Source of the DNA: Lobosporangium transversale
Lineage: Eukaryota
DNA: 64,000 nucleotides
Direction of reading: 5' to 3'
Assembly (NCBI RefSeq): GCF_002105155.1
Contig: NW_019028999.1
Coordinates: 124,001 to 188,000 of the forward strand
A program made the translations under genes and the position numbers. Positions within the stretch are counted from its first letter, which is position 1. Every line of letters starts with the position of its first letter. The notes under the pieces are model-generated. The model made no database searches. It saw only the letters and a list, made by a program, of their open reading frames with translations, and was not told the origin of the DNA. Below are positions 1-13,372 of this stretch, piece by piece.

Positions 1-370
1 ACTGCTTTCACATCCATCAACATCATGGATGTCGGCAAGTGTAGAAGCCTGTCGATTAAAGACTTCATCGGCTGATGCATTAACAGCAAGGTTCGAGAGC
101 GGGCCCCAGGCGTTGTTCGCGATCATATCATCGAAGATGTGTCGGAACGCTGAAGAACGAGACTAATTTATACATGTGGATAAAAACACATCATTAAAAA
201 TAAAATAAAAAAAAGGCTTGTTTGTACTTGTGAAAATAATACTTTGCGTTGCTTTTTATTATTATTATTATTATTATTCTTATTATCATTTCTTTTTTTT
301 TTTTTTTTTTTTTTTTCGTTGGTTGAGTTGATGGGGGATGATGATTGGAAGCACTACCCAATTATGGATG

Positions 371-408
<38 letters not shown>

Positions 409-1019
409 GGGTAGTCAAGTGAAGTAAAAGAAATATCTCTGCCCTTGAAAAGCAATGTAGATCTGTGGAAATCGACATGCAGCCAAAAGAATTGGATAGG
501 ATAACTGCATAATGGGTGCTATGCACCGTCAAGGAACGGAAACAAAAAGAAAAGAAGCAATGCAACGTCCACAACAACAACAACAACAACAACAAAAAAA
601 TTCTGTTTCGCAACGAATTGACGAAGAAAAGGTTAAAAAAAAAGAAGAAAGAAAGAAGAAAGAAAGAAAGAAAGGAAGGAAGGAAGGAAGAAGGAAGGAA
701 ATAAAGAAAGAGAGAGGGCCTTATAACTTACAGCAAGCATCTGTACATGAACATGGAACCTCATACTGCCTACATTCAGGACACAATTGGCATCCTCACG
801 CCTTCCATATAAGCTATCCCCGGTCTTTATCAATTGATTAGCAATCACATTCGCCATGTACGTGACAGGTGGAAGGTCAATGGAGAATTTAGTATATTCT
901 ATGCTGGACATGTCGCTATCGCTTGAAGCACTCTCCAAATCAGTGTCGCTCTCATCATCAATCATCTCTAACTGAGTCTTGTAAGAGTGATCTTGCTTGA
1001 ATGATTGACAAACAGACAT
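1..1019 (-). CDS. BTB/POZ domain protein, 5' part; continues past the window start
   Basis: Exon 1019-732 (MSVCQSF...DANCVLNVGSMRFHVHVQMLA) splices through a GTAAGT..AG intron (731-163) to SRSSAFRHIFDDMI. This rebuilds the BTB signature 'F.VH..ML.SRS..F..F'. Confidence 0.8.
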
Positions 1020-2021
1020 GGTAAAAGCCAAGAAAGGAAGAAACAAAGGAGGGGGAAAAAAAATGTTGGCGAGTGTTGAAAGAGCGAGAATGGAATGAAA
1101 ATAGTGGGTGATAAACGTGAAGATGAAATGAGATGAATTAAGATCTGATATTCTAAGAACTTGGGGTATAACAACAACGGTACTTTTTCTTTCTTCTTTT
1201 TTTTTTTTTTTTTTTTTTTTGCGAAAGAGTGGAGTAACCAATAGGCATTGAAAACAAATAATAGGATGACAAAAAGTAAAGGAATATATTGATGATAACG
1301 TCCAAAAGAGGTGAATGAGTGAGGCTATAGGCTTAGTTCTTTTTTTTTTTTTTTGACTATGAACCTCCAGGACAGGGTCCTGAGAGAAAAAAAAATGAAC
1401 AATAATAATGTGGATGATGATGATAATAATAAAAGAATAGGAGAGAAGTAGGAGGGGAATATGAATAGGTTCGTAAGGCTTGAATGGAAACAAAGGGATG
1501 CAAAGTCGATGATAACCTGCTTCAGACACGAAAGAGATCTTTTTTTTTCACTATTATCATCACTATTATTGTCATTTAGATGCCTCTATAGGTCGATGCT
1601 TTTAATGTTTGGGCGAAAGACGCGAGCACATGAACGAGTGGACGTTGAACCGGCCGAAGAAAAAAAAAAAAAAAAAAAAAAAAGATAGACCGGGCAAATT
1701 CAGGTAGTTGTACAAGGAGGTGAAACGGAGAGAATAAAACGAGGATAGGTATCAAAACGGCACGAAAGCATTGAAGCGCCAGTTTGTTGAGAATAAAATC
1801 CCTTTCTGACAAAAAAACCTTTTTTTTTTTTTTTTTCCTCTTGAGGTAAAGTGGATGATCTTTACACTGCTCCACTCTTCTGTGGATAAAGCGAGGCAGC
1901 TGTCATGAATCGTTTTTTTTTTTTTTTTTTTTTTTTTTTTGGCACTTTTTGTTCAATTTATTACAAATATTTGTATACAATTTGGCTACACTGTCCGTCA
2001 ATCTTGTCTCCTTTCCTACTT

Positions 2022-2954
2022 CTACTGGAGTTGGATAGGGTTTTTGGTGAGGAATTCCTCAAAAGTGTTCAGCTTACCACGTGCACCCTCAGCACCTTCC
2101 TTCACAAGCTCCTGTGTTTTCGAACCATAGTAACCAAACTCCTCGATATAGAGCATCATATCTATCATCTGGGCGGATACAGGAGGAGGCAAAAGTTCCT
2201 GGAAGACGTTCAGGGGCAATTGGTTGTACTTCACAGATTTGCCAGTCGCTTTGCTGATCAATTCTGCTACCTGATCAAACGTATAAATCCCACTCGCAGC
2301 CGTCACTTGTTTGCCTTCAAACTTCTTGGGATCCGCCAAGATCGCTCCAATAAACTTTCCCGAGTCCTCGGCAGCATCAATTAAGGGCAAACGGGTTTGA
2401 GACGAAACATTGCAGCTGATGGCATAGGTACCGTCACCCATAGGATGAGGGCGTGAGACCGTTGAAAAGTTCTGCATAAAGTATCCGGGCACAAAAAAGG
2501 CGCTCTTGATCGGTAAAGAACGGATATAGTCCTCAGCCTCAGCTTTGACATCGAAATGCTCTGCATGTTTGTACTTGCCACCAGAAACTTTGGAGACACG
2601 GTATAACGTGCTGAAGATCATATACTGGGCTTCAGTTGCTACGGCTGCATCTGCCACATTCTTGCACTCTGCAAACTCTCTGGCTTTGAGACGCTCATCA
2701 TACACGGTCGCAGTGATCAACACGATTGTGTGGGCTCCCTGGACGGCATTCTTGACCGAATTTTCATCGTCCAGGTCACCTTGAATTACCTCCACACCTT
2801 TCTTCTGCAGAGCCTGAGCAGCTGGCTTGGAAGGATTGCGTGTGACGGCACGGATCTTGAATTCCTTGGACAAAACTGGATCTTTGAGGACGTAGTTGGC
2901 AACAGATCCGCCTTGCTGACCAGTAGCACCGAAAATGACAAGGAGCTTGGACAT
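2022..2954 (-). CDS. NmrA-like NAD(P)-binding (atypical SDR) protein
   Basis: Intronless 310-aa ORF. N-terminal VIFGATGQQGGSV Rossmann motif, IRAVTRNP and HFDVKAEAE, typical of the NmrA/HSCARG family. Confidence 0.92.
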   Translation of the reverse strand: MSKLLVIFGATGQQGGSVANYVLKDPVLSKEFKIRAVTRNPSKPAAQALQKKGVEVIQGDLDDENSVKNAVQGAHTIVLITATVYDERLKAREFAECKNVADAAVATEAQYMIFSTLYRVSKVSGGKYKHAEHFDVKAEAEDYIRSLPIKSAFFVPGYFMQNFSTVSRPHPMGDGTYAISCNVSSQTRLPLIDAAEDSGKFIGAILADPKKFEGKQVTAASGIYTFDQVAELISKATGKSVKYNQLPLNVFQELLPPPVSAQMIDMMLYIEEFGYYGSKTQELVKEGAEGARGKLNTFEEFLTKNPIQLQ

Positions 2955-3705
2955 GATAATAAATTAATTCTTTTTTTCTTTTTTTCTTTTCTTTTTTTTT
3001 TTTTTTTTTTTTGTAACTAGTGGTTTGATTGTTGAAATGGCTGTTGAGATTATATATGTATATATATATATATATATATGTAAAAAGAGGGTATCGCGGA
3101 CTTCTATATTAATGCAGATTTATTGTCATTCTCATCATCCGTGCCTTAGACTCCTTAGATTCCTTAGGGGCTATGATGAAATCGCAATGCATTGCCATTG
3201 GTAGTGATTTTCGTTAGTTAGATTTGCGCCACCAACGAGAAAAAAAAAGAGCTTTGGTTGCACCCGACGGCAGAAACCACCGGGCACGACTGCGCAACAT
3301 CGCCTTCATTCTTTGCGTTTGACTCACATTTTTTACTAAAGAAAATCATGCTGAACTATGGGCTCTTCAAGATGTTTCTTATACGACTGTAGTTTTCTGT
3401 TTAACCAATTCTAGGATCTTCTAAACAAGAATTTTTTTTTTTGATTTTTTTTTTTTTTGGGCAACCTTGCTCGCAAGATGATTAATAGTTTTATGTATGA
3501 TATAACACTAATAAGATTTCTGACAAAAAATTCCTAATGATACATGTTATTTACTATTCTTTGCTTATACTGTACATTTGCTCTAACTGTCATAGGAGGA
3601 GGCGAGAGAGGGGAGAGTTTTATGCATGCAAATGGATTTGTATAAAATATGGAAGCTGAAACTTGGGTTCCCCCCCCCGTTCCGCTTGCTCCGTTTGTGT
3701 CTCAC

Positions 3706-4192
3706 TTAAGAATTGCATTTTGCACCCATGGCTGCTTGACAAAGTCCCATGATTGCAATGCCTCCAAAGAAACAGTATTGGACCACTTTAGTCTTATTCC
3801 TGCCTACACACTTGACAGCCTGCGGCCACATGCCGTTGACAGTAATGGAGGACATCATACCCGCAACTATTGCATAGATCACACCCGTAGCCGACACTTG
3901 CCAGCCCATATTGTTGACTTCACGAAGAATAAACCAGCCCAGTATTGCACCCAGAGGCTGAGAGAGTCCACCCAGAGCTGCAGCAAGGGCGAATGCTTTA
4001 GTTCGAGAGTGCAACCCGATGAAAAGTGGGAAGGCGATCAAATAGCCCTCGATCAGGTTATGGACCGCAATCGCCATAAACACTGTCAAGCCTAGACATG
4101 GATCTGCAGTCGTTGACAAGAATGTGATCAAACCCTCTAAAAACATGAATCAGAACAATAAAATATATAGTTGATTAGCTTTTTCTTTCTTG

Positions 4193-4223
<31 letters not shown>

Positions 4224-5853
4224 TCGACTAGCGGTGATCACTGCCAATATCCTCATTTCCTTACCTGGAAACTTGTGGACAGCAATAGTAAGAGCTGTTT
4301 GAATTCCAATTTCAGTCAGATCAGCATGCTCTTGATCATCAGCCACAGCATGATCCAGATTATCATGTTTTGAATAAATGGAGCCAGCACCAGCACCATT
4401 GAGTCGCGGAAAGGAAGTACGTCGAAGTTGATGTGGAGTTGCGGTTGTTACAGCTCCATAGGTTGGTAAAGTATTGGCCCCCTGTTGATTTTTGTTAATA
4501 TTGCTGCCTTTCATCTCATTTCCCGGAGTTGCTCTTCCTCCTCTTCCTCCTCCGGTCTTGTAAGGGCATCCCTCGCTATGGTAGCGTTCCTTAGCCCCGG
4601 ACCTAGACTTGCTAGGGGGCACGCCTGATTTTCTCCTCTTTTTCACAGGCGCGAATGGTTTTTGTGAGCGTGTAGAGATGGAAGACCACGAGTCTTTAGG
4701 TTTCAATAGGCCTCCAGGAGCACTGTCCTGTCTATTATCATCATCGTCGTGGCCTAGACCAAACTCCATATTCAAATCATGGTTTCCGCGATGGTATTTA
4801 TTTTGTCTCAAGATTTCGTCCTTTTGGTTACCAATCACAACCTCGATATTCCCGTCATCATAGTGATCATTATCTTCATTATAACAATCATTTCCTGAGG
4901 CATGTCTGCTACGATGATGACGCTGCATATGTGGAGTATCATCCAGGCAACTGCTAGGTGTCTTGCCAATTTGTAGGAACGCGTTGTTGAGCAAGGACGT
5001 GGCCTCATCATCCACATATTCTGAATCATTGTATCTCTCCTCATCATCGCCCTCATCACTCTCTTCTTGGGAGCATCCTTTACAAATATTATTTGTGGTT
5101 GAATTGGAGGCACTGGATGAAGTGATATCATTGACCGTGGTCTTTGGATAACCATTATTGTTTGAATGGCGATATTGAGGTAACGATGATGGTCGGCGAG
5201 TATCCTGGTTTTCGCGTTGTATAAACTGCTGAATAGTATCATCGCTCTCTATTCCTGCTGAACTAACGTTGCCAGAATCGAATTTATGCATGATCCAGTG
5301 AATGAGGCTCATGACACCGACACCACCAAAGAAGAATAGCATCAATACTGCATCTGCATGGTTTGCGAAGATGGAAAGATCTGAAGACAGTTGGCTCCTT
5401 GCTTCCGGAAGAAGATTGTAAAAGCTGGAAAAGATCTAATAACAAGTTTTACATAAATCATTGGTGAGTGTCTCATTCTTTTCTGCAAAGAAAAAGAAAA
5501 AAGAAAAAAGAAAAAGAGAAAAAAAAAAAAAAAAAAAAAAAAAGATCGGTAAAAAGCAAAAGAACTTTTGATCTTTTTCTGTTGTAAGCAGTGTGACATG
5601 AGCACTGTAGTGGCAAGGTTGTTGGTCCGATGGCCGATGGAAACTTTAACTCTTTCATTGCGTCTTATTTCACCCGAAGGATTACAAGCCGTGTACACTG
5701 AAACCAAAATTCACAAGTAGCAAGATCAAATCCGTCTCCTTTTCCAAAACCTTTGTCTTTCTTTCTTCGTTCATTAGAGATTATTAGTAGGATAGGCATC
5801 AATGAACAGGAGGAAAAAGAAAAGGAAAAAACTCACACAGATACATACATACA

Positions 5854-5890
<37 letters not shown>

Positions 5891-6280
5891 GAGGCTTTTT
5901 TTCCCCCTCATCTTTTTTAACTCATGGTCATTGCTTTAAAGCAGTTACGGGTGGGCTTTGTTGATTGAATTGCTTTGCTTACTTGTATGGCAAGATTTGC
6001 AATCAAAGAATCAAGAACGCCTAGCTCGCCTCTAGTCTCTCAATTTGGTCGAATGCCATAGCCAAGAGCTATTCTTTTTTTTTTTTTTTTTTTTTTTTCT
6101 TTTTCTTTTTTCCTTTAGAAATCACTTAAGGATGAGCTTACCATGACTCCGGATCCGAGACCTAATGATCCAGCTAAAAACTTGTGGTTTTGTAACATTC
6201 TAACATCTTTTCCGAGTAATTTTTTTACGATGGTATCAATAAAGATTAACCCGGCTAGGAGGATGGTTAAAATAAAAATA

Positions 6281-6311
<31 letters not shown>

Positions 6312-6503
6312 AAAAATTAAAATTCGTTTAGTGCGTTTCCCATTCATTACATCAAGAATAAACACATGTCCTTTTTATTTATTTTTATTTGAGTGGGTGC
6401 AGAGGGGTTGTACAAAAGGTGTACCTCCAAAGACACAAGCCATGGCAGAGGCAAATGTGAAGACCCATGCTCGATAAACATCGCCTCCGCTTTGCTCGAT
6501 CAT
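3706..6503 (-). CDS. ZIP-family zinc/metal transporter (ZupT/Zrt3-like) with a long cytoplasmic loop
   Basis: Four exons: 6503-6425, 6254-6142, 5435-4265, 4136-3706. Motifs LGLGSGVM/IFSSFYNLLPEA, IAVHKFP/EG and IAVHNLIEG (TM4/TM5 metal site). Confidence 0.9.
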
Positions 6504-7144
6504 TGATCAAGATCAAATCTGTGATATACACTCGATAATAACGATTGACTCTGCCCGTTGCAGCAATAATGGATATGAATTATAATGGTTTCAAAAAAAA
6601 AAAAAAAAAAAAAAAGTTGCAGAATGGAGTCGAATGAAAATGAGTTTGAGAAGTGCGCGTCTCGTCTGGTGGTTCTACTCTATATTGATTAAACAGAGTG
6701 AGAGGGATGATAATAAAAAAAAAAAAAAAAAGGTAGAATAATAATGGAGAAAATAAATAAATAAAAGGTGAGAGAAGAAGGAGAGAGAGAAAGAGAAAGA
6801 GAAAGAGAAGAGAAAGAAAGAAAAGTTCAAATGGAATCTTTGAGGTCATTGACAATGGAATAAAGAAATGGAGTTGAAGACTGGTAAGGTACTCCAAAGG
6901 CTTTGCCAGATTCTCTGGCTAGCTAATTAAGGTTTGTGCGTAAAGAAGTGGATCAAGCCGTTTCTGAAGCACAATGAGATTTACGCGGGAAAAAATAAAA
7001 AAAAAAAAAAACAAAGACCACATTTACTATTCCACATTGCGCTTCTTTCAGCATGGCAAATCTGACAAATGAATGCTCTAATGCTTCGAATCAGTTTAAT
7101 TCTTTAACCCATTGAAGAGTTGTATTGGCCATGTTTTTCTTTTT

Positions 7145-7290
7145 TTTTCCTTTTTTTTATTTTTTTTATTTTTTTATTTTTTATTTTTTATTTTTTATTT
7201 TCTATTTTTTATTTTTTATTTTTTATTTTTTATTTTTTATTTTTTATTTTATTTTATTTTTTATTTTTTATTTTATTTTATTTTTTTTTT
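7145..7290 (+). repeat. T-rich degenerate microsatellite (TTTTTTA/TTTTA)n
   Basis: About 145 bp of tandem T-rich units, directly visible. Confidence 0.85.
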
Positions 7291-7921
7291 TGTTCTTGAC
7301 CAATATGATGACCCCAGTCATGCTGCAGATGCGTCCCGGGGTCTAATTTTAGGTCTGCATCATCCTTGAACAAGTAAAACCACAAAAGGGGATCTGTGCA
7401 AGTCTTAGAACGTCCTTTGGTTAAAAAGTTTTTTTTTTTTTTTTTTTTTTTTTTTTGCCAGGCAAGTCCTTGAATGAATTGATAGCTCCTTGAACGGAAT
7501 TGAAACTGGAACCACCTTGTAAAGCTCTTTGAGCAGCGTCTTGAAAAATAAACCCTCCGTACTCATCCTTGGTAGGCAATGTGTCTCAACTCAGTACGTC
7601 GTTGATTTTTAAGCGACCTCGGAATCAATATTAGGATATTGATCCTTAGGAATGTCAATGTAAATGAAAACTGCCAAATCCTTACATCGAATTAAGTGAG
7701 TATTGAGTTTGACGAGGCTATAAATAGTAAGATTGGACCCATTCCATTACATTTATCAGCATATTAGGGGATACGTTGGAACTAAGATCCGCCTTGATTC
7801 TGCCTTGAAGCCGTCGGCCAATCATCCCGACATCCAACATAACTATCTTATAGGGATTCTTGGTAACATTGCCAACCATGTTTCCCGAGTTTTGTTTTAC
7901 ACTTTTTTTTTTTTTTTTTTT

Positions 7922-7974
<53 letters not shown>

Positions 7975-8517
7975 ATGAGCGAGTCAACCCATCGGCCATC
8001 TTCTTGCTGCTATGCTCATCCCGAAGCAGGATTGCAAATGATCTTCACTTTATGAAGCTGAGGCTGCAAAAGCTTGTGCCCTTCCTTGTCTTTCATTCTA
8101 GTACATTCATCTTCAGAACTAGCTTTTCCATTTTTTGCTTGACATAAAGTATATACGACATTGTCAACGTAGTTTGTGCTTAACACTATCAACTTTGTTA
8201 CCCAGATGTGAAATACAAGAACAAGGAAATCATCTTTTTTTTTTCCTATGATATGGTCAAAAGACTTGATGAGACGACAACTTTTATTTGCAATAAGACC
8301 TTCCTTTGGCTTCCTAGTTTTAATATCGTTCAAGTCGCGTTTTCTGGTCTTTTTTTTTTTTTTTTTTTTTTATTAAATCTGAAGTCTTTTGGCTTCGTTG
8401 GAATATTTACAAGAAATGGAGGAGGACCCTTTCAGCTTTTAGCAGAGAGAATCTCTTGATGACTTTTTCTATGTTTGTTGCTCTATATCCAAGTTAAGGC
8501 AAGAGATATGTTAACGA

Positions 8518-8550
<33 letters not shown>

Positions 8551-8950
8551 AGCAGCGATGATATCCTTAAAGTGCACAGGAACAAAGTTTCTTAGCCTTA
8601 TGAGTATTTGAATACACGACCTATTAAGTCCTTCAACAGCACATCAATTGCTTCATTACTACTGGATCCAGTTTCTAGCGGGATGGAACTTTGCAGCCTC
8701 CACTTTTAATTTGGGATAGAATTGATCTAACGCTTACAAATAAAATAACCAGAACAGTAATAACAGCAATAATAATAATAATAAAAAAAAAAAAAAAAAA
8801 AAAAGGCCTCTATTAATGTGATCTGGATCTAATGAAGCCTTGTAGAAATGCATAGGTGTGATATTTATTACTGGCCCTGTGTCGGAATGCGTAATAAAAA
8901 AAAAAAAAAAAAAAAAAATGTGTCTATGGTACAATAAAATAAATGAAAAT

Positions 8951-8979
<29 letters not shown>

Positions 8980-8982
<3 letters not shown>

Positions 8983-9692
8983 GGTCAAGAGTGCCTTGAT
9001 CCTTTTCTTTAACTGAGCAACAGTCTGCTGGTTAGGGTTCAATTTTCGATCCCGGAACATCTTTTCGTAATCATCACCATACTTCTCCACCAATTTGGCA
9101 GCCCACACAACCTCACCCTCCGATTGATATCTCTCTGTCTTCAATACGTTTGCTGCCTGGGCTTCGAGTGCACGTACAACATCAGTCTTGGCCTTGACAG
9201 GCTCGATCTCCTTTTCCATCATCTCTTCAATTTCTTCCTTTGTTTTAGCCTTGCCAACAATGATGTTGATAATATTGCCCTCATCATCACGCTGAATGAT
9301 CCCCTGTTCCTCTGTCAACGATGCTGCCAATTCCTCGAGTGATTTTTGCTCATTCTCCATTACTTCATCCTCATCCTTGATTTCCGTGCCTCCTGTAACA
9401 CCATTCAACGAAGGAAGGAGACCCAAGCGAGCATAACTAAATAGGAAAACAAAAAAAAAAAAAAAAAAAAATGGAGTTTAGAACAATGGAGGAAAGAAAT
9501 AATAATAATAATAATAATTGCACAAAAAGGTCATGAAACGTACTTTTGACGAAGTGTAGCCTTCTTATCCCAGTTCTCCCGAATGATCTTGTTACCAATG
9601 ACATTGACCTTTTTCTTGTGTTTGTTGGCAGTCTTGCGTGTCACTTTACGGGAGGGCGTTTTTGTAGTACGACGTTTACGAGCGGTGGCCAT
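8980..9692 (-). CDS. NOP16: Nucleolar protein 16 (60S biogenesis)
   Basis: Exon 1 MATARKRR...IRENWDKKATLRQ joins exon 2 NYARLGLL...LVEKYGDDYEKMFRDRKLNPNQQT. WD...TL.QNY..LGL and KYGDDY..M..D..LN..Q.T are Nop16 motifs. Confidence 0.92.
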
Positions 9693-10562
9693 GATGTGCT
9701 TTTTTTTTTTTTTTGCTTAGTTACTTATTACTGCCAATGGAGATGCAACAAGGGTGAAGTTGAAATGCATGCCTTTTTTTTTTTTTTTTTTTTTTTGTTT
9801 TGACAAAGCTTTGTTTGTGGCTTGAGGTGACTGGCTTACAATATATATTATATGGCTACATTGTGCAGTGCTTCGCCCATGTGATGGATCCGAGGTTTTG
9901 AATCAATTAAAAGGATTTTATATAGTGAATGGTTCTCTTATTGACAGGAGCGACAGGAACGAATTTTTTTTAAAAAAAAAAGAAAAATACAATATGGATA
10001 CATGGGTTTGTGTCCTATTTGAAGTATGCGCGTGGACTAGGGATTGCTCTTTCTATCCTTCGATTACACCATAATGGGATAGATACTAAGCCAAATGCAT
10101 CTTTGAAAGATCTAAATCTATTTTGTATAAAAGACAATGTTGTAACAAATCAGCGCAGCAGGGAGCAAGCAGATCTTTTTTTCTGATTTAGTAGAATGAT
10201 AGAATGGAACGAGAAGTTTAGAGGTCAGATGGATAATGCAAGATGTATTTCTTCTACTTCTTTTGAACAAGCAGGACAAGGAAAACCCAGCTGTTTAATC
10301 TACATGTACATCTATAAAGAAAAAGAATGTTTTTTTTTTTTTTTTTAGAAACAAAAAAGAAATCTTGGAAAGAAATGTCTTTCTACTTTTTTTTTTTTTT
10401 TTTTTTTTTTCTTCAGATGAAAGGATTAACTGTATCCTTTTATCAATCTTGTTTTTTTTGTCTTTTGTTTGGGGATATGCTTTACTCATGTCTATTCATC
10501 AGTTTTTTATTTTTTATTTTTATTTTTTTTCCTTAAAGAAAAAGAAAAGTAACCTCACGCGA

Positions 10563-10597
<35 letters not shown>

Positions 10598-12082
10598 TTC
10601 TTATTTGTCCCAATGATTCCCCTTTGTTTGTTACAGAAAAACTGATTACACTACATGAACCATTCAAAGCCCTTTCTCTTTTGTCTTTGTTTCCAAAAGG
10701 TTTTTTAGAAAGAAGGAAAAAAAGGAAAAGGAAAAGAAGAAAGTTCCAACTGCATCAGCACAACAAAAAAAAAAAAAAAAAAAAAAGCTTTGTTTTGAAT
10801 CTAGAGCTCGATGCTATCTGCAAAGACTCAAAAGACTTGCATGTCCATCCGTCTAGACCCTAATTATATATTTTGCTAAACCTCCAAACATTCAGGGCCA
10901 TGGATGGACATTGGAAAAGGGACACATGTAACAGTATAAATTTATAAAAATAATACCAATCAACTTTTAGAGAAATTTCCACAAAGAACATCATGTTTTC
11001 CAACCAAGGTGGCATGTGCGGCATCTCTTGGTCAATTTTCATTGTCGAGATCTTTAATTGAGCCAAACAGAACGGTCTCTTTCTTTAATAGCATTTACAT
11101 ACTCTATACATAATAAATGCGCAATGCGCAATAAAAGGTGCTTGGTATATATAAATATATAAATATATATAAATATATATATATAAGCCAAGATCGAACA
11201 ATCAGAATTCGACGAGTTGTTTTCGTTTCTTTTTTATTTTTTTATTTTTATTTTTTTATTTTATTTTTGCAAAGTCGAGTGTTTGCTTCGTGAGGTGGAT
11301 GTGGGTGGACATTTAAAAAGGGAGAAAAAGGATTCATCATTATAGTTTTGCACTCCAAGATCGTAGAGACTAGATCTTGTAACTTGGTGCTGCGTCAGCA
11401 TTCCTATTGTACATGTATCTCCTTCGTCATTGCTCTTTTTATTTTATTTTATTTTTTTTTTATTGCCATGAACATGTACGCCAAATAGTTTACCCCGAAA
11501 TCGGATTACTGTCAGTGTATAGAAGCTTCTAAGGTAGTCTAAGAGTATAAATGTGATGTGGCCACACATATATTTTTATTTTATTTTTATTTTTTATTTA
11601 ATACTAGTCTACGTACTCTACAAATGCCTTTCTGAATAGAAGTGGCAAAGGTGTCACAAGAAAAAAAGACAAAAGGGCGGCGACAAAGAAAAAAAAAAAA
11701 AAAAAAAAAAAAAACGTGTAAATGCACATGTACATGTACTATAAAGGAAAAGAAAAATCAGGGACCAAGATAATGAGAGCAGAAGGACAGCCTTGTTTAG
11801 CAAATGACCCAAAAGAGAGCAAAAAAAAAAAAAGAAAAAAGAAAAAAGAAAAAAAAAAAGGAGAGGAGAGAAGAGAAGTCTAAGAAAACGTGGAAGGCTT
11901 CTTTGAATCTGAACCCAAAAGAAAAAGGCCAAGACATCAAGATGACATGACATTGTATATTGTGTATATAAACATATACATATACATTTATACACTGTAT
12001 AATGATTCATCTACTCTGGGCTATACATAGTCGTAGAAAAGTAGACGAAGATAACACGCGATTTTTTCTTTTCTTTTTTTTC

Positions 12083-12116
<34 letters not shown>

Positions 12117-13227
12117 GAAAGAAAGAATGTGTGTGTGCCTGTAATTGCTTAAAGGCTTTTTTGCATACTATGTCTTCACAACATTAAGGATACGGGTGTA
12201 TGTGAATAGAAAAAGTCACGGGTACAAGTGTTTCTAGCAAGACAGCTGTGATAGAGAGCATTGGCATATATAACATGTAATAGTAATATAACATGGCTAT
12301 GATATGGAATGACCATGACCATGACCATGACCATGAGAAATGGAAGATTCTTCTCAGGAGCATAATGGTTTGATGTAATACAGTACAGGTGGATATCAAA
12401 ATGCCTCTCGATCGAAGCACTTCGATGGAAGGGACACATCGAATTTCTTTTGTTATTTTGGTCTGCATAGAATTCTGGTTGTTTGTGTTGTCAGCATAGA
12501 ATTCTGTAGCAGACACACGTACAAAATCAATGCAGAATCGTAATACGTGCTTGTAATAAATATATAAATATATTTATACCCACTGAGATATGTACACGCT
12601 AATTTTTATTTATTTTATTGTTTTATTTCATATTTGACCATTTAATGACTTTAATTGTGGGTGTGGGGTGCATCAATATTACATATCAAAATCATCTTGA
12701 ATCGGCCATGTTGGCTATGTTCTTCCCTAATAGAAACCTCTTTTTTTTAAAGGCAGTAAGACATTTGAATGAGGGAATGTCTAGATGATATATGATACAA
12801 TGTAATATATATTATACTATATAATAGCAGTTATAGCCATCATTTTATTCAAAAAAGAAAGAAAGGAAAAAGAAAAAAAAAAAAAAAAGGCTTGTTGTTG
12901 TTTCGATAGACATGTTCTATTGTAATCAAAGGGAAAAAAGAAGGATAGAAGAGTGTTGCAAAGTACATATGCATGTGCATGTTGTGCGAATGAGAATGAG
13001 CTCTTTGGCCGAGTCCTTTTTTTTTCTTTTTTTTCCATTGGATTTTTTTTAGCCGTGCGCAAAAAAAAAAAAAAAAAAGAACGTTTCTGTGCCTTCTGAA
13101 TCGAAACAAAAACTCTGAAATGTGTGAAATGGTCTGAGATGGTGTGAAAATATAAAAAGGATACAGAACAAACCATAAAAAACTTTTTCTCCATCACACA
13201 ACTCTTTTTTTTATTTAAATCTAACCT

Positions 13228-13273
13228 CTTCTTTCTTCTTCTTCTTCTTCTTCTTCTTCTTCTTCTTCTTCTT
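13228..13273 (+). repeat. (TCT)n microsatellite in the calcipressin 5' leader/promoter
   Basis: About 14 TCT units, directly visible. Confidence 0.85.
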
Positions 13274-13372
13274 CACTCACTGACCTCTTCTTCTTCTTCT
13301 CAATCTAACCCTCAACATCTTTTCATCCTTACATACCCTTACATACAATAACAAAGATAACCGCCCTTCATC

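Noticed and set aside
8953..8982. NOP16 as a retrocopy because poly(A) follows the stop codon
   Set aside because: The gene keeps an intron, and such tracts are ubiquitous in this window.
9700..13370. Crz1/CDRE calcineurin-response sites in the long calcipressin upstream region
   Set aside because: Expected from pathway knowledge, but no convincing consensus match was found by eye.
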